DNA of 64,000 nucleotides from an uncultured Microthrixaceae bacterium (GCA_963792205.1 CAWBVI010000004.1:629634-693633), one strand, 5' to 3'; counted from the first letter of the stretch, positions 47,523 to 55,946 are shown. The notes: a model not told the origin generated them from the sequence alone. Numbers and translations: made by a program.

Positions 47523-49889
47523 TCACCGGGCCGTGAGGGCGAGGTCGAAGCCGAGGTCCTGGCTGTCGAGGGCCTGGTGGACCTCGACGGCCAGGACGTT
47601 CTCGCCGGTGCGCAGCGCCGAGGCCGGCACGGTGAACTCGACCCAGCGGCTCTGGGCCGCGCCGGTCACGAAGGCCACTGCGTTCGTGGTGGCGGTGACG
47701 GTGCCCGCGGGGAGGTTGTCCCGGACCACCTCGGTCCCGTTCAGGTAGACGGCCGCGGCGTCGTCGCGCAGCAGGCGGAACGTCAGCGCCGAGAACCCGT
47801 TGGCGTCGCCCAGGGTGAAGCGGTGGCGGAAGTACGCGGTCACGGGACGTCCGCCCGCCCGGGTGACCGTCGCCTCGCCGCCCATGCCGAAGCCGAGCTT
47901 GGCCGGGCCCTCGGCCCACGCCCCGTCCGCGAAGGCCGGGGCCCGCCAGGCCGTGCCCTGGTTCGAGCCGTCATCGAGATACCGCCACGACGCGCCCGGC
48001 ACCACCAGGTCGACCGGGGCGGCGGGCGGCAGCGGCGGCGGGCTCGGCACCGCGATCGCCGGCGCCGGGCTCGTGGCCCCCGCTTCGGCCGTCCGGGTCA
48101 TCGACAGCTCGAAGCTCAGATCGGCACTCGAGGAGTCCGACTGGTGGACGCTGACCGCGATGGCGTTGGTGCCGTTCACCAGCACGCTGGACGGCAGGCG
48201 GTAGGTCGTGGCGTCGGCTTCCGCCCCCCCGCTGATGGGCGACGCGGCCGGTGTGCTCGCCGTGATGGTGCCGGTCGGCATGTTCTCGGCCACCACCGGC
48301 GAGCCGTTGATCCAGACCGTGGCCCCGTCGTCGACGGTGAGGCGGAGCTGGACGTACGGCGCCGCCGCCGGGTCGGCGTCGAAGGTCGTGCGGAAGAGGG
48401 CGCTCAACCCCTGGCGAGGGACCACGGTGGCTTCACCGCCGTCGCCGTAGCCGAGCTCGCCGCGGCCGGTCGCCCATGCGCCGTCGGCGAACGACGGCCG
48501 GGTCCAGCCGATCGGGTGGGTGCCGTCGGCGAGGTACCGCCACGTGGACCCCGACGGGAGCAGGACGTTCGGATCGGGCGGCGGGGGTGGGGCCGTGAGC
48601 GAGGGGACGCTGTGGGGCAACGGGCCCGCGGCATCGCACAGCCGGGCCATCCGCCCGACCCAGCTGGTGCCGCCCCCGACCAGCTGGGTGGTCTGGCGGA
48701 TGTCGCCGCCGGTCCAGAGGCAGCCGTCCGGCGCCTTGGCGAAGGCCCAGGGCCCGTCGCCGCTGACCAGCGAGTTGCCCAGGTCCCGCAGCTTCAGACC
48801 GGTGGCTCCGCTCACCTCGATGATCTGCAGCGCACGGCTCGTCCGGTAGCAGTGGCAGCCGATGTAGACCCGGTCGCCGATGACCTCGATGCGCTGGGTG
48901 TCGTGGGGTGAGCTGTTGAGCCGGATCCGGGCGCCGTTCACCGCGTTGCGCTGCTCCCAGTAGTGCTCGGCGCCGGAGACGAAGAGGTTGTCGCCGTAGA
49001 CGCCGAGGTCGTAGACGATGCCGCCGAGGGGCCAGTTGCCCCGCGGCGTCGCGTGGGACCCGTTCTCCCAGCCCGGCAGGTTCGCGCCGGTGACGGCGTC
49101 GACGGTGGCGATGAGCGCGGAGCCGGCGGCCCCGTTGACGTAGCTGAACTCGCCACCCAGGTGGACCCGGGTGCCGTTGCCGCTGGTCGCCACCGCCCAC
49201 GCGCTGCGTCCGGCGATGACGGGCTTCCAGTTGGCGTCGACCGCCCCGGTGGAGGCGTTCAGCCGGGTGGCCTTGGTCAGGTTGGTGCGGGTCGGCGCGG
49301 CCGGGTTGCCCGAGAGCACCCGGCTGAAGTTGCCGACGGCGTAGAGCTGGTCGCCCTCCCGGTAGAGGTCGCGGATGACCGGCTGCGCGGGGGTGTTCGG
49401 CCGGACGACCTCGGCGTAGAAGCTGGGGTCGATGGCGCCCGACCGGGCGTCGAGGGCGACGAGGCCGGAGCGAGCCACGCCGTTGACGTGGTCGAACTCA
49501 CCGGCCGCCAGGAGGTTGCCCGCCGGCGTGACGTCCAGGGCCCAGACAGGGGCGTCGAGCACGGGGCGCCACCAGGGCAGCATGTGGCCCGAGGTGGCGT
49601 CGAAGGCGGCCAGGAAGGGTTGGTCGATCCGGGGCCAGGCGCCCTGCGTGGACACCACCTGGGTGAACTGGCCGGCGGCGTAGACGGTGTTGCCGATGAC
49701 CTGGAGGTCCCACACCTCGGCCGGGATGACGTTGGTCGTCGGACCGCTGAAGGTGCCCTGGAATCCGTCGGTCCGGTAGACCGCCGTCGCCAGCTCGGCC
49801 CCCGCCGGGTTCGCGGCGGTGAGCCCGCCGGCGATCAGGCCGGCACCGAGGGCGCACGCGACCCACCGCCGTCGCCAGGACCCCATCAC
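47523..49889 (-). CDS. large secreted protein: N-terminal beta-propeller-like region plus two tandem ~160-aa C-terminal beta-sandwich-like domains
   Basis: 788 aa, GTG start. Signal WVACALGAGLIAGGLTAANPAGA. Repeated blade-like motifs (VYAAGQFT.., LLAAGEFDHVNG.., LYAVGNFS.., VHLGGEFSYVNG). C-terminal repeats span aa 442-597 (48099..48566) and aa 628-787 (47529..48008). Both repeats carry W-RYL-DG...W..P.FADGAW..G...LG.G.GGEATV and end in HQ..S.DL.F.L. Confidence 0.75.
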   Translation of the reverse strand: MMGSWRRRWVACALGAGLIAGGLTAANPAGAELATAVYRTDGFQGTFSGPTTNVIPAEVWDLQVIGNTVYAAGQFTQVVSTQGAWPRIDQPFLAAFDATSGHMLPWWRPVLDAPVWALDVTPAGNLLAAGEFDHVNGVARSGLVALDARSGAIDPSFYAEVVRPNTPAQPVIRDLYREGDQLYAVGNFSRVLSGNPAAPTRTNLTKATRLNASTGAVDANWKPVIAGRSAWAVATSGNGTRVHLGGEFSYVNGAAGSALIATVDAVTGANLPGWENGSHATPRGNWPLGGIVYDLGVYGDNLFVSGAEHYWEQRNAVNGARIRLNSSPHDTQRIEVIGDRVYIGCHCYRTSRALQIIEVSGATGLKLRDLGNSLVSGDGPWAFAKAPDGCLWTGGDIRQTTQLVGGGTSWVGRMARLCDAAGPLPHSVPSLTAPPPPPDPNVLLPSGSTWRYLADGTHPIGWTRPSFADGAWATGRGELGYGDGGEATVVPRQGLSALFRTTFDADPAAAPYVQLRLTVDDGATVWINGSPVVAENMPTGTITASTPAASPISGGAEADATTYRLPSSVLVNGTNAIAVSVHQSDSSSADLSFELSMTRTAEAGATSPAPAIAVPSPPPLPPAAPVDLVVPGASWRYLDDGSNQGTAWRAPAFADGAWAEGPAKLGFGMGGEATVTRAGGRPVTAYFRHRFTLGDANGFSALTFRLLRDDAAAVYLNGTEVVRDNLPAGTVTATTNAVAFVTGAAQSRWVEFTVPASALRTGENVLAVEVHQALDSQDLGFDLALTAR

Positions 49890-50025
49890 CGCACCGCCTT
49901 TCGCCGGGCCCGTCCGCCCGGATCGCCACGTTCAGTACTTGGACCAACCACTGTTCGTGGTCAGCGGCCCACCGTATCGACCGCAGAGCGTGAGTACAAG
50001 GGCACCCCCGGTGACGCCGGGCTCC

Positions 50026-50108
50026 GGAGCCGAGCCGATAGGCGAGGCGACCTGGCAAGCACAGCGCTGATCGCCAAGCGCAGCTTGGCGATTTCCCAGA
50101 TCAAGCGC
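50026..50108 (-). repeat. family-B repeat, copy B2 (full length, minus orientation)
   Basis: GGAGCCGAGCCGATAGGCGAGGCGACCTGGCAAGCACAGCGCTGATCGCCAAGCGCAGCTTGGCGATTTCCCAGATCAAGCGC. About 93% identical to the reverse complement of 51580..51662. Confidence 0.9.
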
Positions 50109-50135
50109 AGCAGCTTCAGCCTGTCAATGCACGTT

Positions 50136-50516
50136 CTAAGGGCAGCTGGAGGTCCAGGTGGCGACCAGGTCGCGACCGGCAGGGCCCTCGGAGGTCAGCG
50201 TCGGTGCCGCGGCGCAGACCGCCTCGTCGAAGCTCTGGTCACAGCCGAGGTCCTGATAGCGGACGGCGAGGTCCGGGCCGTCGCCGCCGAAGCTGGTCAG
50301 CGCCTCGTCGATGCGCGCGGTGTCGGTGCGGCGGGCATCGCCCAGGTCGACCAGGACCCGCTGGCGGGCGTCGATCGTCTGCTGGACGAGCTCGTCGCAG
50401 TCCGCCGCGCCGGCGAAGGCGCCCTCGGCGATGCGGTCACCCGGAACACCCTCGCCTCCGCCACACGCCGTCAGGACCACGACGAGGAGCAGGATCAGGG
50501 CCGCGGATCGTCGCAC
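50136..50516 (-). CDS. small lipoprotein of unknown function
   Basis: 126 aa. Signal plus lipobox MRRSAALILLLVVVLTACGG. Four further Cys residues. Confidence 0.65.
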   Translation of the reverse strand: MRRSAALILLLVVVLTACGGGEGVPGDRIAEGAFAGAADCDELVQQTIDARQRVLVDLGDARRTDTARIDEALTSFGGDGPDLAVRYQDLGCDQSFDEAVCAAAPTLTSEGPAGRDLVATWTSSCP

Positions 50517-50546
50517 GGTCCCCCATCGGCGGCCGGGTGCCGACCT

Positions 50547-51452
50547 TCAGTCGGCTGCCCGGCTGGTCAGCCAGGCGCCGGCGAGCACCAGCACCATGCC
50601 GCCCACGGCCAGGGCGGCGACCTGCTCGTTCCGGAAGGCGACCCCGAGCACGATCGCCACCACCGGTGTGAGGTAGATCGCCACGGTGCCGCGAGTCGCG
50701 CCGGCCCGGCCCATGAGGTTGGTCATGGCGACGAAGGCCCAGCCCGTGCCGAGCAGGCCGAGCACGATCACGGCGATCAGCGAGTCCCAGGCGAAGTCCG
50801 AGTACGGGATGCTGACGAGGCCATAGGGCGCGGTCATGGCGAGCGCGAAGAGCTGCACCCGCCACATGACCGGCAACCCGCCGTACTTCTGTTGGAGGGG
50901 CACGGCCAGGTTCGCCGAGAGCCCGTAGAGCACCACGGCGACGAGGAGGAGGCCGACGCCGACCGGCGACGCATCGGCCCCGCTGAGGGTGGGCAGGCTG
51001 ATGGCCACGACCCCGACGAAGCCGACGAGCAGGCCGGTCATCGTGTTGGGGCTCGGCCGGGCCCGGAGGAGGAGGGCGGCGATCACGGCCGCCCACAGCG
51101 GCACCGAGCCGTTGATCATGCCCGCCACCGACGAGTCCACGGTCAGCTCGGCCAGCGGGAACAGGGACAGCGGCAGAGCCATCCAGGTGAAGCCGATGAG
51201 CGCCAGGCGGGGCAGGTCCTCGCGCTCGACCGGCACCCGGGCCGCTGGCACCACGGCCAGACCGAGCATCCCGAACAAGATCCGGCCGAACGTGACCACG
51301 CCGGGGGCGAAGGCGTCGAGGCCGATGGCGATGAGCAGGAAGGAGGAGCCCCACACCCCGGCGATGAAGGCCAGCAGGCCCCACTCGACGGGTCCGAAGG
51401 CCTGCTGGTGGGTGCCCTCCGCCGTGCTGATCAGCGGTCGGGTGCGGGCCAC
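50547..51452 (-). CDS. DMT-superfamily (EamA-like) transporter
   Basis: 301 aa, about 10 TM helices, two EamA-like halves, GTG start. Confidence 0.8.
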   Translation of the reverse strand: MARTRPLISTAEGTHQQAFGPVEWGLLAFIAGVWGSSFLLIAIGLDAFAPGVVTFGRILFGMLGLAVVPAARVPVEREDLPRLALIGFTWMALPLSLFPLAELTVDSSVAGMINGSVPLWAAVIAALLLRARPSPNTMTGLLVGFVGVVAISLPTLSGADASPVGVGLLLVAVVLYGLSANLAVPLQQKYGGLPVMWRVQLFALAMTAPYGLVSIPYSDFAWDSLIAVIVLGLLGTGWAFVAMTNLMGRAGATRGTVAIYLTPVVAIVLGVAFRNEQVAALAVGGMVLVLAGAWLTSRAAD

Positions 51453-51579
51453 TCAGCGAGGGTAACGACGACTCCCGGGACGTCCCGGCCGGATTCGGAC
51501 GAGCGCCGGGGTCCCCGACCGGTCATGTTCGGACGGTCGCAGCGCTCTTAGGACGTCCGCTGGAGGGCTGAGGCTTGGT

Positions 51580-51662
51580 GCCTTCGACCTGGGATATCGC
51601 CAAGCTGCGCTTGGCGATCAGCGCTGTGCTTGCCAGGTCACCTCGCCTATCGGCTCGGCTCC
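51580..51662 (+). repeat. family-B repeat, copy B3 (full length, plus orientation)
   Basis: GCCTTCGACCTGGGATATCGCCAAGCTGCGCTTGGCGATCAGCGCTGTGCTTGCCAGGTCACCTCGCCTATCGGCTCGGCTCC. It contains the perfect palindrome ATCGCCAAGC-TGC-GCTTGGCGAT nested in GACCTGG...CCAGGTC. Confidence 0.9.
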
Positions 51663-51676
51663 TTACACTCGCCGCC

Positions 51677-52351
51677 GTGGGTCTGCGCCTCATCGTGGCC
51701 GAGGACTCGCTCCTGGTGCGGGAGGGGGTGGCCAAGCTGCTCGGGAACGAGCCCGACGTCGACGTCGTCGCCCTCTGCGCCGACTACGACGAGTTGATGG
51801 CGGCCGTCGCCGAGCACGAGCCCGACGTGGTGCTCACCGACATCCGCATGCCGCCGACCGGGACCGACGAGGGCATCCGGGCCGCGTCCGAGCTCCGGGA
51901 GTCCCACCCCCACATCGGTGTGGTCGTGCTGTCGCAGTACGCCGAGCCCGAGTACGCGCTCCACCTCCTCGAGAGCGGCTCGGAGGGGCGGGCCTACCTG
52001 CTCAAGGAGCGCGTGTCGGACCCCGACCAGCTCCTCGGGGCCGTCCGCGACGTGGCCCGGGGCGGCTCCGTGGTGGACCCCAAGGTCGTCGAGGGCCTGG
52101 TCAGCAACCGGACCCGGGCGCACCGATCGCCGCTGGAGCACCTGACCCCGCGGGAGTCCGAGGTGCTGGCCGAGATCGCCCAGGGCCGCAACAACGCCGC
52201 CGTGGCCGCCGCCCTCGGTCTCTCCGACCGGGCCGTCGAGAAGCACATCAACTCCCTCTTCGCCAAGCTCGGCCTGAGCGAGGAACCCGACATCCACCGA
52301 CGGGTCAAGGCCGTGCTCCTGTACCTCGCGGATCGCGGCGAGGGGGGATAG
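51677..52351 (+). CDS. NarL/FixJ (LuxR-type HTH) response regulator
   Basis: GTG at 51677 gives VGLRLIVAEDS. Receiver residues are present (ED, VVLTDIRMPP, VVVLSQ, YLLKE). LuxR HTH: LTPRESEVLAEIAQGRNNAAVAAALGLSDRAVEKHINSLFAKLG. Confidence 0.9.
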   Translation: MGLRLIVAEDSLLVREGVAKLLGNEPDVDVVALCADYDELMAAVAEHEPDVVLTDIRMPPTGTDEGIRAASELRESHPHIGVVVLSQYAEPEYALHLLESGSEGRAYLLKERVSDPDQLLGAVRDVARGGSVVDPKVVEGLVSNRTRAHRSPLEHLTPRESEVLAEIAQGRNNAAVAAALGLSDRAVEKHINSLFAKLGLSEEPDIHRRVKAVLLYLADRGEGG

Positions 52352-52419
52352 CCCCACCATGACGACGGGGGCGCTCACCCTGGGCGGTTTCCGTGGTCGC
52401 GGCAACACTAGGGGTAGTG

Positions 52420-52836
52420 ATGCTCACCCATTCGAGAAGGGATGGCGACACGGCTGACACCTCGACTCCGGGCGACGTGACCGTGCTCATCGTCGACGAC
52501 CAGGCGCCGTTCCGCGCCGTGGCCAGGACCGTGGTCGACGTCGCCCCCGGCTTCAGCGTCGCCGGTGAGGCGGCGTCGGGCGAGGAGGCCGTCGAGCTGG
52601 CCGGCGCCCTCCACCCGGCGATGGTGCTCATGGACATCAACCTGCCCGGGATCAGCGGCCTCGAGGCCACCCGCCAGATCGTGGCCGAGCACCCCGACGT
52701 GGCCGTGATCCTGCTCTCCACCTACAAGGAGAACGACCTGCCCGCCGACGCCACCGACTGCGGCGCCGCCCGCTACGTCCACAAGGAGGACTTCGGCCCC
52801 GCCGTCCTCCGCGAGATCTGGGACGGCCGCGGCTAG
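52420..52836 (+). CDS. stand-alone receiver-domain protein (CheY-like, no output domain)
   Basis: VLIVDDQ, MVLMDINLPG, VILLST and YVHKE are all present. It ends after the receiver domain. The start could be 52393, 52417 or 52420. Its stop overlaps the convergent gene by 4 nt. Confidence 0.8.
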   Translation: MLTHSRRDGDTADTSTPGDVTVLIVDDQAPFRAVARTVVDVAPGFSVAGEAASGEEAVELAGALHPAMVLMDINLPGISGLEATRQIVAEHPDVAVILLSTYKENDLPADATDCGAARYVHKEDFGPAVLREIWDGRG

Positions 52837-54407
52837 ATCGGTCGTATCGCGGTCGGGTCGCTGCGGATCCAGCGCAGGATGTCTCGTCGCGAGACGGGCC
52901 CGTGAGGACGCCAGGGGTCAGCGATGGCGCCGTCGTCGACCAGCCCCGCGTAGGTCGCTCGCGCCTCAGTCAGGGCGCTGGGGGTGACGGCACAACGGGT
53001 CGCTTCCGGGTCGATGCCGAAGAGCCGGGCGGCGTTGAGGCCGAGGACCTTGGCCTTGATCTCATCGGTGAGGGCCGGGTAGCCGTACCGGTCCTGGTGG
53101 TCCCGGCCGATCTGGAACGCCCGGAACGCCATGATCTGAGGCTGCGGTGATCCGTACCAGATGGCGTCGGTCCCCCAGCAGACCCGGTCCTCGCCCACGC
53201 GGGTCAGCAGCTTGCCGAGCAGGTGCGAGGCCTGCTCCGGGTCGCCCATGACCTCCCGCCACGCCGTCCCCAGATCGGCCCAGACGTTGCTGTTGGGGGC
53301 GACCCCGGTCTCGTCCATCGCTCGCAGCAGGGAGTTGACGCCGCGTGTCGCCGCGGCCGGGTCGTAGGGCCCTTCGTAGGTCTCGCGCTCGAAGGCCGAG
53401 TGGAAGACGACGAAGTCCATCCGGGGGTAGCGATGGGCGAGGCGCACCATGTCCTCGGGGCCGTTGAACCGCTGGTCGAACTCGAGCAGCGGAAGGCCCT
53501 TGTGGGCGCAGAACACCCGCACGCCGAGCTCGCGGGCCTTCTCGACGACGGGGATCCCGATCGTGGGGTCGTCCAGCGCGTAGCCGGTCCCCGCCGGTCC
53601 CCACGCGGGGTAGGCCTTGAACGCCGCCACCCGCCCCGTCGACGCCGTGGCCTCCATGAGGTCGAGTCGCGCGGCGAGGGGGCCGAAGTTCGGCGCGATC
53701 ACGTCGTGGATGAGCAGGCGGGGCGCGCCGCCTTCGGTCAGGGCGTCGACCATGTCCTGGGTGCCGCTCTTGGCCCCGAAGGGCACCGGCGCATCTCCGT
53801 CCCCCGAGTTCGGCACGTCGGAGAGCAGCGCCACCGTCGTGTCGCTGGCCAGGAACATCGACTCCACGTAGGACGCCCGATCGAGGCAGTCCAGCCCGTC
53901 GGCCGCCGTGCACCCGGGGGGGACCAGGGTGGTGAGGATCATGTCCGCGATCCGGGGTGCTGCGGCCCGCCACGGGCCCTGCGGCATCACGTGGTGGGTG
54001 TGGATGTCGAAGATGAACTCCCCGTTGTCGCCGAGGCGCCGCTCGCACTCGGCCACCTCCTCAGGTGGGGGGACGACGTAGGCGCTCGTGGTCGGCGGCA
54101 CAGTCGTCGCCGTGGTGGTGGTCGTGGGCGCGGCGCTCTCCGATGCCGACGAACAGGCGTTGAGGACGGTCAACGCCGCCGCGAGGCCGCCGGCGCCCTG
54201 GAGGAACCGCCGACGATCGACCCCCAGACGGGCCGCCGCGGCCGACGAGCGGTCGAGCATCGCCCGGGCGACGGCGCGGTCCCGATCGGTCGCCGGTCGC
54301 GGCACGAACTCGCCGTTGGACAGCTCACCCGGGGCGATCGGCAGCGACGGTGATCCGTCGTCCACGTCGCGGAGCCATCGCCGGAACCGCCCCTCGCCGT
54401 TCACCAC
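52833..54407 (-). CDS. Tat-exported lipoprotein, amidohydrolase-family metal-dependent hydrolase
   Basis: 524 aa. Twin-arginine motif DRRRFLQGAGGLAAALTVLNAC plus a Thr-rich linker. Amidohydrolase-like FDIHTHHV, VFCAHKG and VCWGTDAIWYG. Confidence 0.75.
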   Translation of the reverse strand: MVNGEGRFRRWLRDVDDGSPSLPIAPGELSNGEFVPRPATDRDRAVARAMLDRSSAAAARLGVDRRRFLQGAGGLAAALTVLNACSSASESAAPTTTTTATTVPPTTSAYVVPPPEEVAECERRLGDNGEFIFDIHTHHVMPQGPWRAAAPRIADMILTTLVPPGCTAADGLDCLDRASYVESMFLASDTTVALLSDVPNSGDGDAPVPFGAKSGTQDMVDALTEGGAPRLLIHDVIAPNFGPLAARLDLMEATASTGRVAAFKAYPAWGPAGTGYALDDPTIGIPVVEKARELGVRVFCAHKGLPLLEFDQRFNGPEDMVRLAHRYPRMDFVVFHSAFERETYEGPYDPAAATRGVNSLLRAMDETGVAPNSNVWADLGTAWREVMGDPEQASHLLGKLLTRVGEDRVCWGTDAIWYGSPQPQIMAFRAFQIGRDHQDRYGYPALTDEIKAKVLGLNAARLFGIDPEATRCAVTPSALTEARATYAGLVDDGAIADPWRPHGPVSRRDILRWIRSDPTAIRPI

Positions 54408-54491
54408 CCGTTGTGACGACCCAGCCGACCGCTTCGTTCAGTGGCGTCCAGCTCCTTGTGGCTGTCACCCCGAGGGGGTAGAGTAGAACGT

Positions 54492-55758
54492 ATGTTCGAT
54501 TCGGGTGACGAGCGGGACCACGAGCTGGTCAACCCGTTCGGTGCCATGACCGAGGACCAGCTCGCGGCCCAGGCCGGGTTCCTGCAGGCCCGACGGGCCG
54601 GCCTGGAGGCCGAGGAGGCCGACCTGTTGCACGAGGTGCAGCGGCGCCGGTCGGTCAGCATCAGCCCGTTCCGGGACACCGCGGCGTGGTTGCGGCACCA
54701 CACCGGCATCGCCCGCTCCACCGCCCGCATCCGGGCCGAGACCGCCCGCGAGCTGGTCCTGCTGGCGGGCGCGCACGCCGAGCTCGGCCGGGGCACGGTC
54801 ACCTTCGACCACGTCCGGGCCCTGGCCGAGCACGCCAACAGCCCCAACCGCGACCAGGTGCTCGAGGACCAGGTCCATCTCACCGCCCTGGCCCGCCGGC
54901 TCAGCGCCGATGACTTCCGCGACGCCCTGGCCGAATGGGCCCGCGACCTCGACGAGCAACGCCAGGCCGGCCTCAGCGAACACGAGCGGCAGCGGGCCAA
55001 GCGCCGCCTGACCCGGGGCCGCAGCCCCGACGGCCTCGCCCGCACCACCCTGGATCTCGACGACGAGTCCGACGCCGTCGTCTACGGGGCGCTGCGCGGC
55101 CATCGTGGCCGAGATGAACCGGGCCGACCGCAAAGCCAACCTCCCCCCCGAACAGCAACGCAGCTCCCGCCAGACCTGGGCCGACGCGGCCGAAGAGCTG
55201 GCCCGCCGCGCCCGGGGCGCCGACGTCATCACCAAACACAAGGCCCGCCCCACCATCCTGGCCCTGACCGACATGAGCGTCCTGTGGGACCAGCTCCGAG
55301 TCCGCGGCTACTGCGAGCTCGAAGACGGCACCCAGATCACCGCCCGCCAGCTCCGCCGCCTGGCCTGCGAGGCCGACATCATCCCCATGATCCTGGACAG
55401 CGACGGCGTCTGCTTGGACATGGGCAGGGCCGTGCGCCTGGCCACCTACGAGCAACGCCTCGCCCTCCACGCCCTACACCCCACCTGCGCCGTCGAAGGC
55501 TGCGACGTCGACTTCAACTGGTGCGAGGTCCACCACCTCCGCCCCTGGGAGAAGCACGGCCTCACCGACCTCGACAACCTCGTCCCCCTCTGCACCTACC
55601 ACCACCACCTCATCCACGACAACGACCTCCAAGTCCAGCTCCAACCCGACCGCACCGTGAGACTCTGCCGCCTCCCGATCGCCCCCACCCCCCGGCGCCA
55701 CGCCCGCAAGTACGCCCGCCGAGCCCTACGACCACCGGACCTTGTGCCCACCCGCTGA
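54492..55758 (+). pseudogene. DUF222-domain plus HNH endonuclease protein ('13E12-repeat-family'-like) with one +1 frame change
   Basis: The N-terminal DUF222-like part MFDSGDERDHELV...TVTFDHVRAL...VVYGALR is in frame 0. AIVAEMNRADR...CAVEGCDVDFNWCEVHHLRPWEKHGLTDLDNLVPLCTYHHHLIH (HNH) is in frame 1. The junction is near 55095-55101. Confidence 0.8.
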
Positions 55759-55818
55759 AGCGGGCCCCGGCGTCACCCACCCTCACGAAGGACGTGCACG
55801 GAAAGGTCGAGGCCTAGT

Positions 55819-55901
55819 GCGCTCGACCTGGGACATCGCCAAGCTGCGCTTGGCGATCACCACTGTGCTTGCCTGGTCGCCTCGCCTATCGGCTCGGCTC
55901 C
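55819..55901 (+). repeat. family-B repeat, copy B4 (full length, plus orientation)
   Basis: GCGCTCGACCTGGGACATCGCCAAGCTGCGCTTGGCGATCACCACTGTGCTTGCCTGGTCGCCTCGCCTATCGGCTCGGCTCC. About 92% identical to B3. It lies between the convergent stops at 55758 and 55947. Confidence 0.9.
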
Positions 55902-55946
55902 GAACCCCCCACCGACGGCGCCCGCCGTCGCACCACCGCGTCGGCG

